From assembly GCA_963630555.1 (NCBI GenBank), contig CAVGND010000008.1, positions 230 through 64,229 of the forward strand: 64,000 nucleotides of DNA. The letters are read 5' to 3'. The number at the start of each line of letters is the position of its first letter. Position 1 is the first letter of the stretch. This document shows, one piece after another, positions 1-10,102 of the stretch. The translations under genes were made by a program, and so were the position numbers. The DNA is from Roseburia intestinalis. GTDB taxonomy: Bacteria > Bacillota > Clostridia > Oscillospirales > Acutalibacteraceae. The notes under the pieces are model-generated. The model searched no databases. It was given only the letters and a program-made list of their open reading frames with translations, and had not been told where the DNA came from.

Positions 1-92
1 TCGTCAACAATACCAAACTGTTTTCGTAATTCCTTCGGGATGACAACTCTGCCAAGGTCATCTACTTTTCTTACCATTCCTGTAGCCTTCAC
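1..92 (-). CDS. AbrB/SpoVT-family transition-state regulator, N-terminal 30 codons only (gene runs off the window start)
   Basis: Reverse complement reads GTG-KATGMVRKVDDLGRVVIPKELRKQFGIVD, the canonical SpoVT-AbrB swapped-hairpin N-terminus. A GGAGGTG Shine-Dalgarno lies just upstream. It is not in the ORF track because it is open at the edge. Confidence 0.8.
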   Translation of the reverse strand, partial: MKATGMVRKVDDLGRVVIPKELRKQFGIVD

Positions 93-294
93 AGTCGACA
101 CCTCCCATGTTCATGAGAATTATATCATACAGAGTGTATAATGTCAATGTTTGTTGTCGAAAATTAATTTAAAAAAGATAATTTTTTCCTGTTCTGTTAT
201 AATTTTGGTTTTATGGTATTAAAATGTTGTTTTATATAAAATTTTATAATTTAATGAAAATATTTGAATAAAATTATTAAAATTAAAAAAGTAC

Positions 295-345
295 TTGACA
301 AAAGCAGGCACAAACTGTATTATTGTATTAGAACAGTAATACAGT
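295..345 (+). promoter_or_regulatory. Sigma-A-like promoter with overlapping inverted repeat (candidate GntR/YtrA operator)
   Basis: TTGACA at 295-300, a 17-nt spacer, TATTAT at 318-323. The inverted repeat ACTGTATTA (314-322) / TAATACAGT (337-345) overlaps the -10 and the transcription start. GT..AC-type palindromes are typical GntR operators. Confidence 0.45.
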
Positions 346-435
346 TCATGAATTGGAATAATATTTGAAAATAATCCGATGACAGATACTATTAAATATC
401 TGAAATAAAATAAAATAAAAAACGGAGGTGAACAT

Positions 436-795
436 ATGGAGTGGGTAATTGATAAAAGCAGACCTATTTGCCCACAGATATGCGAGCAGTTATCGGTTAT
501 GATAGCGTCGGGCAAATATGAACCGAGACAGAAACTGCTGTCGGTAAGGGAAGTGGCATTAGCCGCCGGCGTTAACCCGAATACGGTGCAAAAGGCGTTC
601 GAGCAACTTGAGGATAAAGGACTTATCTTCTCGCTGCGAGGTTCGGGTTGGTATGTATCGGAAGATATAACCATAGCGCGCGAGGCGGTTGATGCGATTA
701 TAAAAGAGAAAACAACGGCATACGTGGATAATATGCGGCTGCTGGGGTGCGACCTGCAAAAAACCAAAAAAATAATAGAGGAGTGGTCAGAATGA
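436..795 (+). CDS. GntR-family transcriptional regulator, short YtrA-like subfamily
   Basis: 119 aa with a winged-HTH (LLSVREVALAAGVNPNTVQKAFEQLEDKGLIFSLRGSGWYV). GGAGGTGA Shine-Dalgarno upstream. Followed by an ABC ATPase, as in ytrA operons. Confidence 0.85.
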   Translation: MEWVIDKSRPICPQICEQLSVMIASGKYEPRQKLLSVREVALAAGVNPNTVQKAFEQLEDKGLIFSLRGSGWYVSEDITIAREAVDAIIKEKTTAYVDNMRLLGCDLQKTKKIIEEWSE

Positions 796-1490
796 GCGAA
801 CTTTTAGTGTGCCGTAACCTTACAAAACGGTATCACAACACCGTAGCACTGAACAGTATAAATCTTACGGTGGAAAGTGGCAAAATCATAGGGCTTTTAG
901 GGCCTAACGGTTCCGGCAAAACTACGCTGATAAAATTAATTAACGGTCTTCTTACACCGAGCGAGGGAGAAATAGCGGTAAACGGAATGAAACCCGGTGT
1001 TCAAACAAAGCGGGAAGTGGCATATTTGCCCGATCGCAACTTTTTAAACTCGTGGATGACGGTAAGACAGATAGTTTCAATGTTTACGGACTTTTTTGAA
1101 GATTTCAGGTCACGGTTGGCATACGATATGCTTTCGGATCTTAAAATTATGCCGGATGTAAAACTGAAAACACTTTCAAAGGGTAATAAAGAAAAAGTAT
1201 CGCTGATACTTACAATGAGCCGGAATGCAAAACTTTATGTGCTTGATGAGCCGATAGCAGGCGTTGACCCGGCGACACGCGATTATATAATCACAACTAT
1301 ACTTAACAATTATAATCCCGATGCGTCGGTTCTTATTTCAACGCATCTTATTTCGGATATAGAGCAGGTATTGGACGAGGCGATATTCATTAACCGTGGC
1401 GAGATAGTGCTGCAGCGTTCGGTTGACGATATACGCGCCGAAAACGGCAAAAGCGTTGACGAACTGTTCAGGGAGGTATTCAAATGGTGA
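792..1490 (+). CDS. ABC transporter ATP-binding protein
   Basis: Walker A GPNGSGKTT, signature LSKGNKEK, Walker B LYVLDEP. Start moved to ATG 792 (MSELLVCRNL), which overlaps the GntR stop. Confidence 0.9.
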   Translation: MSELLVCRNLTKRYHNTVALNSINLTVESGKIIGLLGPNGSGKTTLIKLINGLLTPSEGEIAVNGMKPGVQTKREVAYLPDRNFLNSWMTVRQIVSMFTDFFEDFRSRLAYDMLSDLKIMPDVKLKTLSKGNKEKVSLILTMSRNAKLYVLDEPIAGVDPATRDYIITTILNNYNPDASVLISTHLISDIEQVLDEAIFINRGEIVLQRSVDDIRAENGKSVDELFREVFKW

Positions 1491-2290
1491 AGAAACTTAT
1501 AAAATTTGAATTTATTGCTTGGTTCAGAACAATGCTGCCGATGCTGTTGATACTTCTCGGTATCTCGGGTCTTACAAGGATTGTGCAATTGTTCGAAACT
1601 GAAACAGCAACATATTCAATAGTGAATACATCGTCAATAGTTGCTTTGTGCATTTCCATATTGGTATGCTCGGTTATGTGCGTGGCTGTGGGTGTAACCA
1701 GATTTTATAAAAATCTTTTTACAAACGAAGGGTATTTGACGCTTAGTCTGCCCGTAAGTTATGCGGGGCAGATATTTGCAAAACTTATAACGGCGGTTGC
1801 TTTTTCGGCAATAACCGCTGTCGGCATAATCGTTTCAATCAATATTGCAACCCTCGGCGATGTTTCGCACGAACTGTGTAAAGCTTTCGGATATCTCGTT
1901 AAAAAATATTTCGGATATCTGGGTGTAAACGGCGCTTTTTATGTGCTTGAAGTGATTATAATGGTAATAGCAATTGAAGCAAAATCGTTCTTGCTTTTGT
2001 ACGCCTGCATTTCAATCGGGCAGCTTGCCAAAAAGAATCGCGTGCTTGCGGCGTTCGGTACATTCTTTGCCTATTATTTCATTTGCCAGATACTCGGCAC
2101 GGTGTTTATAATAGTTTCCGAAACGGTCGGCACCGGATTGTGGGATTGGATTGATGCCTTCTTCTGCAAACATTACTACACCGCAATGCACCTTCTGTTC
2201 TGCGGAATAATACTGTTTGAGTGTATAATGGGCGCGGTTTATTATCTGATTTCATATACCGTTATGCGTAAAAAACTTAACATAGAATGA
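1484..2290 (+). CDS. Multi-pass membrane protein, probable permease partner of the ABC ATPase
   Basis: 268 aa with about 6 hydrophobic helices. The start overlaps the ATPase stop (ATGGTGA). No specific family recognised. Confidence 0.55.
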   Translation: MVKKLIKFEFIAWFRTMLPMLLILLGISGLTRIVQLFETETATYSIVNTSSIVALCISILVCSVMCVAVGVTRFYKNLFTNEGYLTLSLPVSYAGQIFAKLITAVAFSAITAVGIIVSINIATLGDVSHELCKAFGYLVKKYFGYLGVNGAFYVLEVIIMVIAIEAKSFLLLYACISIGQLAKKNRVLAAFGTFFAYYFICQILGTVFIIVSETVGTGLWDWIDAFFCKHYYTAMHLLFCGIILFECIMGAVYYLISYTVMRKKLNIE

Positions 2291-2300
2291 GGTGATGACG

Positions 2301-3038
2301 ATGAAAAAACTGATAAAATTTGCAGCGGTATCGCTTGCGGCGGCTATGATGGTATTGTCACTTTGTTCCTGCAAACAACTCGACGAGGCGAGAAAATCTC
2401 AGGCATTTTGGTCGGGCAAAAAGGGCGAGGCGATACTCTACTGCGGCGAAAAATATGTAAAGTTGCCAAAATGTGAGATTCTAAGCGCGCAAGGAAAAGA
2501 CATTACCGTAACCGATAAAGATGTTCCGGTGCTTTTAAGTAATATGTATGGATCCCAGTTTATATACGATTCAAAGCACGGTATTATGTCCCAAAGGGGC
2601 GACGGCGATATCTTCTATGTCAAAGAGGATAAATATGATGAGGTGGCAGCCAGGATAAAAGAACGCAAATTGGATAAATACTGCGTGCGTACGGTACAGG
2701 ATATGGACGAAAAGTGGTATGTTATAGACGACAGCGTTACCGAGGCAATAAATGCCGCAATCGGGAACGCGCAGATAGCGGATTTTAACAACAACTATAT
2801 TTTCGACGCCGTGTATGGTCTTGAAAAGTGCGATAAGGATATACTGCTTGCAGACCCCGGCGACTTTGTTGATATCTATTGTTACGAGATTGACGGTGAT
2901 GTGTTTTACACCGTGTGTTATAAAAACGAGGCAAATTACCTGGTTCCCGAGCAGTATGTTAAAACGGTAGACGAGTTTATGCAAAAAGAATCGCCCCGAT
3001 ATATGACCGGAACTGAAGATACAGTTACGGATTTTTAG
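2301..3038 (+). CDS. Putative lipoprotein
   Basis: MKKLIKFAAVSLAAAMMVLSLCSC carries a signal peptide with the lipobox LSLC. GAGGTGA Shine-Dalgarno lies 6 nt upstream of ATG 2301. Confidence 0.6.
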   Translation: MKKLIKFAAVSLAAAMMVLSLCSCKQLDEARKSQAFWSGKKGEAILYCGEKYVKLPKCEILSAQGKDITVTDKDVPVLLSNMYGSQFIYDSKHGIMSQRGDGDIFYVKEDKYDEVAARIKERKLDKYCVRTVQDMDEKWYVIDDSVTEAINAAIGNAQIADFNNNYIFDAVYGLEKCDKDILLADPGDFVDIYCYEIDGDVFYTVCYKNEANYLVPEQYVKTVDEFMQKESPRYMTGTEDTVTDF

Positions 3039-3101
3039 GGTGACAAATAGTTGAAATCATATTGCAATAATATTTACACTTTTGTATAATAAACAGTAGA
3101 A

Positions 3102-3137
3102 AGCGTCCGCGGGCGGGTAAAACCGCCTGCGGACGCT
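3102..3137. terminator. Bidirectional GC-rich hairpin between convergent genes
   Basis: AGCGTCCGCGGGCGG-gtaaaa-CCGCCTGCGGACGCT, a 15-bp stem with one offset. Confidence 0.6.
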
Positions 3138-3148
3138 TGTGCGTTATA

Positions 3149-4135
3149 TTATTTTGCTTTGACTTCGTTTTTCAGTTCCTCACCGCCGAAAAATGCCCTT
3201 ATATTATCCATTGTTGTTTCGGCAATGTTATCAAGCGCGTCACGCGTTAAAAATGCCTGGTGCGAGGTTACTATAACGCTCGGCAGTGAGATAAGACGCG
3301 CTAAAATATCGTCCTGTATGATAATATCGGAACAATCCTCAAAAAATATATCCGATTCTTCTTCATAAACATCAAGGCAGGCACCGCCGATATTACCTGA
3401 TTTCAGTCCCTCGAGCAGTTCTTCGGCGTCTATAAGCGCGCCGCGCGAGGTGTTCACTATAAATACGCCGTGTTTAAGCGTGGGTATTGATTTTTTGCCG
3501 ATTATATGCTTGTTTTCTTTGGTAAGCGGACAGTGCAGCGATATAACGTCGCTTTCGGCAAGCAGCTGTTCAAGCGGCACGTAATTTATGCCGTAACCTT
3601 CGGCAGGGTAGGGGTCGTGGGCTATAACATTCATACCGAAGCCACGGCAGATATCAATAAAACAGCGGCCAATTTTACCCGTGCCGATGACCCCGACTGT
3701 CTTTCCGTGCAGGTCAAATCCGGTCAATCCGTTAAGCGTAAAGTTAAAATCCCTTGTCCGCAGGTAGGCTTTGTGTATCCTTCTTACAAGGGTCAGCAAA
3801 AGCCCCATAGCGTGTTCGGCTACGGCGTGGGGCGAGTATGCCGGAACGCGCACTACCGTTATTTTGCCTGCGGCATATTTAATATCCACATTGTTAAATC
3901 CCGCGCAGCGCAGCGCAATCAGTTTCACCCCGTAACCGACAAGAGCGTCAATCACCTCACGGTCGATAATGTCGTTGACAAAAGCCACGACCGCGTCGCA
4001 CCCGTCGGCAAGCGTGGCGGTGTCTGGGGTCAACTTTGTTTCAAAGTATTTAAGTTTCACGCCGTAATCGGCGGCGCGTCCGTTAAAGCCGACTATATCG
4101 TACGGCTTTGTGTCAAAAAATGCAACGGTTATCAT
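3149..4135 (-). CDS. ldhA: D-lactate dehydrogenase (D-isomer-specific 2-hydroxyacid dehydrogenase)
   Basis: Close resemblance to E. coli LdhA along its length (ALRCAGFNNVD, VVRVPAYSPHAVAEHA, NAD-binding GVIGTGKIG). Start set at MITVAFFDTKPYD. Confidence 0.9.
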   Translation of the reverse strand: MITVAFFDTKPYDIVGFNGRAADYGVKLKYFETKLTPDTATLADGCDAVVAFVNDIIDREVIDALVGYGVKLIALRCAGFNNVDIKYAAGKITVVRVPAYSPHAVAEHAMGLLLTLVRRIHKAYLRTRDFNFTLNGLTGFDLHGKTVGVIGTGKIGRCFIDICRGFGMNVIAHDPYPAEGYGINYVPLEQLLAESDVISLHCPLTKENKHIIGKKSIPTLKHGVFIVNTSRGALIDAEELLEGLKSGNIGGACLDVYEEESDIFFEDCSDIIIQDDILARLISLPSVIVTSHQAFLTRDALDNIAETTMDNIRAFFGGEELKNEVKAK

Positions 4136-4226
4136 AACTGCGTTCATCCTTTCGGAAAAATTCCGACAAAACAAATATGGTACGCTATGTACCCTGTTTG
4201 TGTTATCTATGCAGTTAGTATGCCCA

Positions 4227-4802
4227 TTAAAACTTCCTGAATTTATTGGGATCTATATTTTCGGGTTTATAATTTTCCAAATAGTCAAGCATTTCGTCGT
4301 CATTTTCAAAAACTTTATAAAGTTCAAGGCAATCCGCATTGATGAAGTTTTGCTCAATTCCTTTGTTTATCATATTAAATAGTGGGTCAAAGTAATTATT
4401 AACATTATATACGGCTATCGCTTTGTTGTGGCGTCCCAGCTGTTTAAGGGTCAGAATCTCAAAAAATTCATCAAATGTTCCAACGCCTCCGGGCGCCATA
4501 ACCAATACGTCCGAACGTTCTTCAAGCAACTGCTTACGTATACGCATAGTTTCGGGGCGTATCATTTCGCTGCATTTGTCAAACAGTGTGCCGTCAACAT
4601 CGAAAAATGTAGGCGATATACCTATTATCTCGCCGTTTGCTCTGTGGGCACCCCTTGCCGTTGCGCCCATAACTCCGCCTGCACCTCCGCCGAAAACCAG
4701 CGCGTGACCTCGTCTTGCAATCTTTTCACCGAGGTTTTCGCACGCAGTTTTAAAACGGTCGGGTATTTTATCGCTCGCTGCGCCGTAAACACAAATATTC
4801 AT
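4227..4802 (-). CDS. LOG-family (TIGR00730) nucleotide phosphoribohydrolase
   Basis: GGGAGGVMG and PGGVGTFDEFFE motifs. Overlaps the upstream gene's stop by 4 nt. Confidence 0.85.
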   Translation of the reverse strand: MNICVYGAASDKIPDRFKTACENLGEKIARRGHALVFGGGAGGVMGATARGAHRANGEIIGISPTFFDVDGTLFDKCSEMIRPETMRIRKQLLEERSDVLVMAPGGVGTFDEFFEILTLKQLGRHNKAIAVYNVNNYFDPLFNMINKGIEQNFINADCLELYKVFENDDEMLDYLENYKPENIDPNKFRKF

Positions 4803-5698
4803 AAAAGACTCCTCCAGTTTGTTTCATTGTATATTTTAATTCCGCACTTTAAAAGCAATTCGGCTGTAACGCCGTTGCCGGGTATAACATTTCCGGTAAA
4901 ACTGCCGTCGTATATTACGCCACAGCCGCAGGATGGGCTCTTGGCTTTAAGAACCGCATAAACGGCGTTGTGATTTTTTGCAATTTCAAGTGTGACATCC
5001 GCACCTTTTTTAAATTCAGCGGTAACGTCCTTGCCGCTTTTGGTCAGTACGCGGTTACCGACTTTCTCGCTCGGTTCGCGCGGACGAACGAGCCCGCCGG
5101 CGGTTTCGGGACATATCGGGATAACATTATATTTGGTAAACAGGTCAAATATTCCGTCACGGTAGTTATTGCCGCCGTTGTACTTGCAGTCGGCGCCTAA
5201 GATACATGCACTCAGCAAAACCGTGGGGCGTTCGTTGGATTTTTCGAAATTAACAGCGTGGGAAACAAGTTTTTCTCCCTCGTAATTCAGCGCCATATTA
5301 AAAAAATCACAGTCCGTTTCAAGCAGTTCCAAAAACAGTTTGTCACCCTCCCAAACGGTCATATCGCGCAGGCGGCGCTTTTCTATCCATTCAAGGTCGC
5401 CTTCGTCACATTCGGTAAGCGTTCCGACGAACTGTTTTGCTTTGAATAAATGCATACATTCGTTTTCGTATTTATCGGAAATGAAGTAAACTATTCCGCG
5501 GTATTCGGGAGAAATGAGCGACAATCCGGTTTCTTCCTTTGCTTCGCGCAAAATACACTGTTTCGGAGTTTCTCCTTTTTCAAGTTTGCCCCCGATTCCT
5601 ATCCATTTATCCCTGTTGCAGTCTTTTTCCTTTTTCGTTCGGTGCAACATGAGGTATTTATTGCCTTTTTCAATGTAGCAAAGCGTGGTGTGCAGCAA
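4799..5698 (-). CDS. Fusion protein: N-terminal NUDIX hydrolase (MutT-like) plus C-terminal DUF523 (TudS-like Fe-S domain)
   Basis: Nudix box GGKLEKGETPKQCILREAKEETGL. The C-terminal half carries CILGADCKYNGG, CPETAGGL and SPSCG. Start placed at TTG 5698, downstream of a GGGAGG Shine-Dalgarno and of the hairpin at 5729-5756. The ATG at 5764 would put that hairpin inside the ORF. Confidence 0.75.
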   Translation of the reverse strand: MLHTTLCYIEKGNKYLMLHRTKKEKDCNRDKWIGIGGKLEKGETPKQCILREAKEETGLSLISPEYRGIVYFISDKYENECMHLFKAKQFVGTLTECDEGDLEWIEKRRLRDMTVWEGDKLFLELLETDCDFFNMALNYEGEKLVSHAVNFEKSNERPTVLLSACILGADCKYNGGNNYRDGIFDLFTKYNVIPICPETAGGLVRPREPSEKVGNRVLTKSGKDVTAEFKKGADVTLEIAKNHNAVYAVLKAKSPSCGCGVIYDGSFTGNVIPGNGVTAELLLKCGIKIYNETNWRSLL

Positions 5699-5728
5699 TA
5701 TCTCCGCCTCCCGAAATTTATATATTAT

Positions 5729-5756
5729 AAAGGCGCAGCAGTTGTGCCGCGCCTTT
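5729..5756 (-). terminator. Hairpin after carD (weak U-tract)
   Basis: AAAGGCGC..GCGCCTTT stem followed on the minus strand by TTTATAATAT. Confidence 0.4.
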
Positions 5757-5782
5757 ACGGGCATAATCAGCCGCGTTGAAAT

Positions 5783-6286
5783 TTAAAATTGAGATTCAAA
5801 ATTCGTGTACAGGATGTTTTTGATATCATTGTATTCGCATTTAAGCACGGTTGCAAGTTCACCGCATAAAAGTTTTTCGGCGTTGCCTAAAAACATTTCG
5901 TCGGTCTGGCGCAGTTTCTTGCCTGCTTTTTCAAGTTCATTTGCCTTTTTATGTATTGTTTTCATAAGCCAGAGCCACTTTTCACAGTTGCAGGAATGCG
6001 CAGCTTCACGGAAAATTTCGTTTCGGACGCGGTAATTGTCTTCCCACTTGACCTCTAATGTTTTGGCGGCTTCTATGATGTTTTGCGCATTTGCTTCATC
6101 AATAGTATTGCGCATAATGACCTTTGTGTTGGTAATCGGCGTCTTAACGATGGTGCTTTTGGAAAATACCGGCGTCATAATATAATAATCAGTCGGCGCA
6201 TTTCCCGTTACCGCTTCGGTTGAGATGCTTTCAATCCGGCACACTCCGGTTGACCCGTAAACAATATAATCTCCTATTTTATACAT
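5783..6286 (-). CDS. CarD/CdnL-family RNA-polymerase-binding regulator
   Basis: N-terminal Tudor-like MYKIGDYIVYGSTGVCRIESI. 167 aa, the typical CarD_CdnL_TRCF size. Confidence 0.8.
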   Translation of the reverse strand: MYKIGDYIVYGSTGVCRIESISTEAVTGNAPTDYYIMTPVFSKSTIVKTPITNTKVIMRNTIDEANAQNIIEAAKTLEVKWEDNYRVRNEIFREAAHSCNCEKWLWLMKTIHKKANELEKAGKKLRQTDEMFLGNAEKLLCGELATVLKCEYNDIKNILYTNFESQF

Positions 6287-6366
6287 AATAACTCTACCTC
6301 ACATCTACTGATAATTATATCATATTTTGCAGAAAAATGTAAGGGATTTTAAAGATTATTTTCAAA

Positions 6367-7221
6367 TCAGTCAAAAATTTCTGTAATTCCTTCGCTTACA
6401 GGCCTGCATACCGAGGAAAATGATGTATTATTTGGTAATTTGTTGCAGCAATCCCGTGCTTTGCCGTAGTTTTTAAAGATTGCAAACACCGTAGGGCCTG
6501 CGCCGCTTAAAGAAGCACCGTATGCCCCAAAACGGGAAAATGTGTTTTTCAGTTCGGCAACCTCGCTGCCGTACAGTTCGCCGAAAGTGTTGGAAAGGTG
6601 AAGGCACAGCGCATTGATGTCGCGGTTTTCAATTGCTTTTTCCGCTGCGGCGTTATCAACCGTCGGCTTGGTCTTCATCGCATCTGCCGCCGTGTACATA
6701 TCGGCGGTGGATTTTTTAGCGCTGTTTATTGCAAGAGCAATGATGCACGGCGGCATCGGTTTAATAAACCTCATTTTTTCACCGATACCCGAAACGACCG
6801 CCGTACCGCCGTATATGCAAAACGGCACATCCGCACCTATTTCCTTACCGATATTTAAAATCTCTTTTTCTCCCAGCGGCTCGCCGTAAAGCCTGTTTAA
6901 CCCCACAAGTACAGCCGCAGCGTCGGCACTGCCGCCACCCATACCGGAGGCAAGGGGAATACCTTTTTCTATCCGTATATGTGCACCTCCCGTTATCTTT
7001 GCCGATTTAAAAAAAGCGTCGGCAGCGGCAAAGGCAGTGTTTTTCACACCGTCAAGTCCCGAAATATCGAACTCGACCGAGATTTTGTCACCTTTTTCTA
7101 TATGTATCGTATCGTGCAGATCTACCGACTGCATAATACTTTCAATCTCATGGTAGCCGCTCGGCAATTTATTTTTAATTTGCAGCGTCAGGTTGATTTT
7201 TGCGTTTGCAAGCAGTTTCAC
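6367..7221 (-). CDS. ispE: 4-diphosphocytidyl-2-C-methyl-D-erythritol kinase
   Basis: KINLTLQI...GYHEIESIM and the GHMP kinase motif PLASGMGGGSADAAA. Confidence 0.9.
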   Translation of the reverse strand: MKLLANAKINLTLQIKNKLPSGYHEIESIMQSVDLHDTIHIEKGDKISVEFDISGLDGVKNTAFAAADAFFKSAKITGGAHIRIEKGIPLASGMGGGSADAAAVLVGLNRLYGEPLGEKEILNIGKEIGADVPFCIYGGTAVVSGIGEKMRFIKPMPPCIIALAINSAKKSTADMYTAADAMKTKPTVDNAAAEKAIENRDINALCLHLSNTFGELYGSEVAELKNTFSRFGAYGASLSGAGPTVFAIFKNYGKARDCCNKLPNNTSFSSVCRPVSEGITEIFD

Positions 7222-7357
7222 TTCCGTTTTTCATCCCTTAAAATAATTTTTAAGCATTATACCACATTTTTCCCGTTAAGTCATCAATTTTTATTTACAT
7301 TCGGCGGAATTTATGGTATAATTCAAAAACATCAGGCTTAATAAGGAAGTGTTATAT

Positions 7358-7627
7358 ATGAAAGCAATTTTAACGGTTGTGGGTAAAGATTCCGTGGGGA
7401 TATTGGCTAAGGTGTCTGAGCAATGTGCGAGATTCAATGTAAACATAAGCGATGTAAGCCAAAGTGTGCTTGACGGATTGTTTTGTATGGTAATGGTTTG
7501 CGATATAAGTGCCATCACTTCGGATTTTGCCGCTTTCGCCAAGGATACCGAAAAACTCGGCGAGAACAGCGGCCTGAAGATTCATGTTATGCACGAAGAT
7601 ATTTTTGACTCAATGCACAGGATCTAA
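7358..7627 (+). CDS. ACT-domain protein (UPF0237 family)
   Basis: MKAILTVVGKDSVGILAKVS... is the classic UPF0237 ACT fold. AAGGAAG Shine-Dalgarno upstream. Paired with a UPF0210 gene. Confidence 0.8.
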   Translation: MKAILTVVGKDSVGILAKVSEQCARFNVNISDVSQSVLDGLFCMVMVCDISAITSDFAAFAKDTEKLGENSGLKIHVMHEDIFDSMHRI

Positions 7628-7639
7628 GGGTGAAATATA

Positions 7640-8998
7640 ATGATAAATATTAATGATATTTTAGAAACCATAAATATGATTGATGAGGAAAATCTTGATA
7701 TCCGAACTGTTACAATGGGTATATCTTTGCTTGATTGCATTGATCCGGATATTGATGCGGCATGCCGCAAGGTTTACGATAAAATCACTTTCAAAGCCCG
7801 GAATCTTGTGGCGGTTTGCAATAAAATAGAAACAGAACTCGGTATACCGATAATAAATAAACGTGTTTCGGTCACACCGATAGCGATAATTGCCGCCGCC
7901 TGCCGTTCCGGTGATACAGTGAAATTTGCGCAAACGCTTGAAAAGGCCGCAAATGCTGTCGGTGTTAATTTTATAGGCGGATATTCTGCACTTGTACATA
8001 AAGGATTCAGTGCAGGCGATAGGGAATTGATTGAAAGCATACCGGAAGCGTTAAGCGTTACCGATCATATATGTGCCTCGGTCAATATCGGGTCTACAAA
8101 AGCCGGCATGAATATGGACGCTATAGCACTTATGGGTAAAATAATTAAAGATACTGCTGCCGCCACGGCGGAGCGTGACTGCATAGGTGCCGCAAAACTT
8201 GTTGTACTGTGCAACGCCCCCGAAGACAACCCGTTTATGGCGGGTGCGTTCCACGGCGTCGGTGAACCCGATTGCGTTATAAATGTCGGTGTTTCGGGCC
8301 CCGGCGTTGTCCGTGCCGCACTTGCAAAATCCGGCAATCTTGATATGACCGGCATTGCGGAACTTATAAAGCGTACCGCGTTTAAAATAACCCGTATGGG
8401 TCAACTTGTTGCGCGTATGGCATCTGACCGGTTGGGCGTTCCGTTCGGTATAGTTGACCTTTCGCTGGCGCCGACGCCTGCGGTAGGCGATTCGGTTGCC
8501 CATATTTTAGAGGAAATGGGACTTCAAAGTTGCGGTGCTTACGGTACTACGGCGGCGCTTGCAATGCTTAATGATGCGGTTAAAAAAGGCGGCGTTATGG
8601 CGTCAAATCATGTCGGCGGACTTTCGGGAGCGTTTATACCCGTAACCGAGGACGCGGGAATGATAGACGCGGCTCGCTGCGGTTCGCTCTGTCTTGAAAA
8701 GTTGGAGGCAATGACGGCTGTATGCTCGGTAGGACTTGATATGATAAACATTCCGGGTGACACTCCCGAATGTATCATTTCGGGAATAATCGCGGATGAA
8801 GCGGCTATAGGAATGGTTAATTCAAAAACTACCGCTGTGCGTCTTATTCCGGCAATCGGCAAAAAAGTCGGTGAAGAACTTTCCTTCGGCGGATTGCTGG
8901 GCGGCGGACCGGTGATGAATGTAAATATGTTTGATAATTCAAAATTCATTGCCCGCGGCGGGCGTATTCCGGCGCCGATGCAAAGTTTAAAAAACTGA
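7640..8998 (+). CDS. UPF0210 (DUF711) family protein
   Basis: 452 aa. N-terminus [27 protein letters not shown] is typical of the family. Conserved partner of the upstream ACT gene. Confidence 0.85.
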   Translation: MININDILETINMIDEENLDIRTVTMGISLLDCIDPDIDAACRKVYDKITFKARNLVAVCNKIETELGIPIINKRVSVTPIAIIAAACRSGDTVKFAQTLEKAANAVGVNFIGGYSALVHKGFSAGDRELIESIPEALSVTDHICASVNIGSTKAGMNMDAIALMGKIIKDTAAATAERDCIGAAKLVVLCNAPEDNPFMAGAFHGVGEPDCVINVGVSGPGVVRAALAKSGNLDMTGIAELIKRTAFKITRMGQLVARMASDRLGVPFGIVDLSLAPTPAVGDSVAHILEEMGLQSCGAYGTTAALAMLNDAVKKGGVMASNHVGGLSGAFIPVTEDAGMIDAARCGSLCLEKLEAMTAVCSVGLDMINIPGDTPECIISGIIADEAAIGMVNSKTTAVRLIPAIGKKVGEELSFGGLLGGGPVMNVNMFDNSKFIARGGRIPAPMQSLKN

Positions 8999-9033
8999 TA
9001 TGTTACCAATCGGTAAAACTTTTAACGGATATA

Positions 9034-9070
9034 AAAAATTGCGGCACAATTAATTGCGCCGCAATTTTTT
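9034..9070. terminator. Bidirectional terminator hairpin
   Basis: AAAAAATTGCGGCACAATTAATTGCGCCGCAATTTTTT, a stem flanked by A-run and T-run. Confidence 0.55.
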
Positions 9071-9082
9071 ATGGTGTCTTGA

Positions 9083-10084
9083 TTATTTGCTGAGTGCTTC
9101 GTAAACCGCAACGGCTACCGCAACAGTGGCGCCGACCATTGGATTGTTACCCATACCGATAAGTCCCATCATCTCAACATGGGCAGGAACAGACGAAGAA
9201 CCTGCAAATTGTGCGTCTGAATGCATACGACCCATAGTATCCGTCATACCGTAGGACGCAGGGCCTGCCGCCATATTGTCGGGGTGCAACGTACGTCCTG
9301 TGCCGCCGCCCGAAGCAACCGAGAAGTATTTTTTACCTTGTTCAATGCACTCTTTTTTGTAGGTGCCTGCAACGGGGTGCTGGAATCTTGTCGGGTTGGT
9401 TGAGTTACCGGTAATTGAAACATCAACGCCTTCATGGTGCATAATTGCAACGCCTTCGCGAACATCGTCCGCACCGTAGCAGCGAACCTTAGCACGCTCG
9501 CCGTTTGAATATGCGGTTTCATCAACTATTTTAAGTTCGCCCGTGTAGTAGTCAAACTTAGTCTGAACATAGGTGAAACCGTTGATTCTTGAAATGATTT
9601 TAGCAGCGTCTTTTCCAAGACCGTTAAGAATAACGCGGAGGTCTTCTTTACGGGCTTTGTTGGCGCTTCTTGCAAGACCGATTGCGCCTTCTGCCGCTGC
9701 AAATGATTCGTGACCTGCCAGGAATGCAAAACATTTTGTTTCATCCCTGAGCAGCATTGCACCGAGGTTACCGTGACCGAGACCGACCTTGCGGTCATCG
9801 GCTACCGAGCCGGGAATACAGAATGACTGAAGTCCGAGACCGATTTTTTCAGCTGCTTCTGCTGCCGATTTAACACCGTCTTTAAGTGCTATAGCAGCGC
9901 CGACTTCATAAGCCCAAGCGGCGTTTTCAAAACAAATAGGCTGAATGTTTTTGGTTATACCGTAAGCGTCAACGCCGTATTTATCGCAAATTTCTTTTGC
10001 TTCTTCAATTGAAGAAATGCCGTGCTTTTTAAGTTCAGCGTTTATCCGGTCAATTCTTCTTTCGTAACTTTCAAATAAAGCCAT
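9083..10084 (-). CDS. GGGtGRT-family protein (function unknown)
   Basis: Contains the family-defining VASGGGTGRTLHPDN motif. 333 aa. Confidence 0.8.
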   Translation of the reverse strand: MALFESYERRIDRINAELKKHGISSIEEAKEICDKYGVDAYGITKNIQPICFENAAWAYEVGAAIALKDGVKSAAEAAEKIGLGLQSFCIPGSVADDRKVGLGHGNLGAMLLRDETKCFAFLAGHESFAAAEGAIGLARSANKARKEDLRVILNGLGKDAAKIISRINGFTYVQTKFDYYTGELKIVDETAYSNGERAKVRCYGADDVREGVAIMHHEGVDVSITGNSTNPTRFQHPVAGTYKKECIEQGKKYFSVASGGGTGRTLHPDNMAAGPASYGMTDTMGRMHSDAQFAGSSSVPAHVEMMGLIGMGNNPMVGATVAVAVAVYEALSK

Positions 10085-10102
10085 TGTTTTTTACCTCCCC
10101 AA

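Noticed and set aside
219-767. 182-aa minus-strand ORF spanning the AT-rich intergenic region and the GntR gene
   Set aside because: It overlaps the promoter region and the convincing GntR ORF. Its product is very Ile/Phe/Asn/Ser-rich, which reflects AT-rich DNA.
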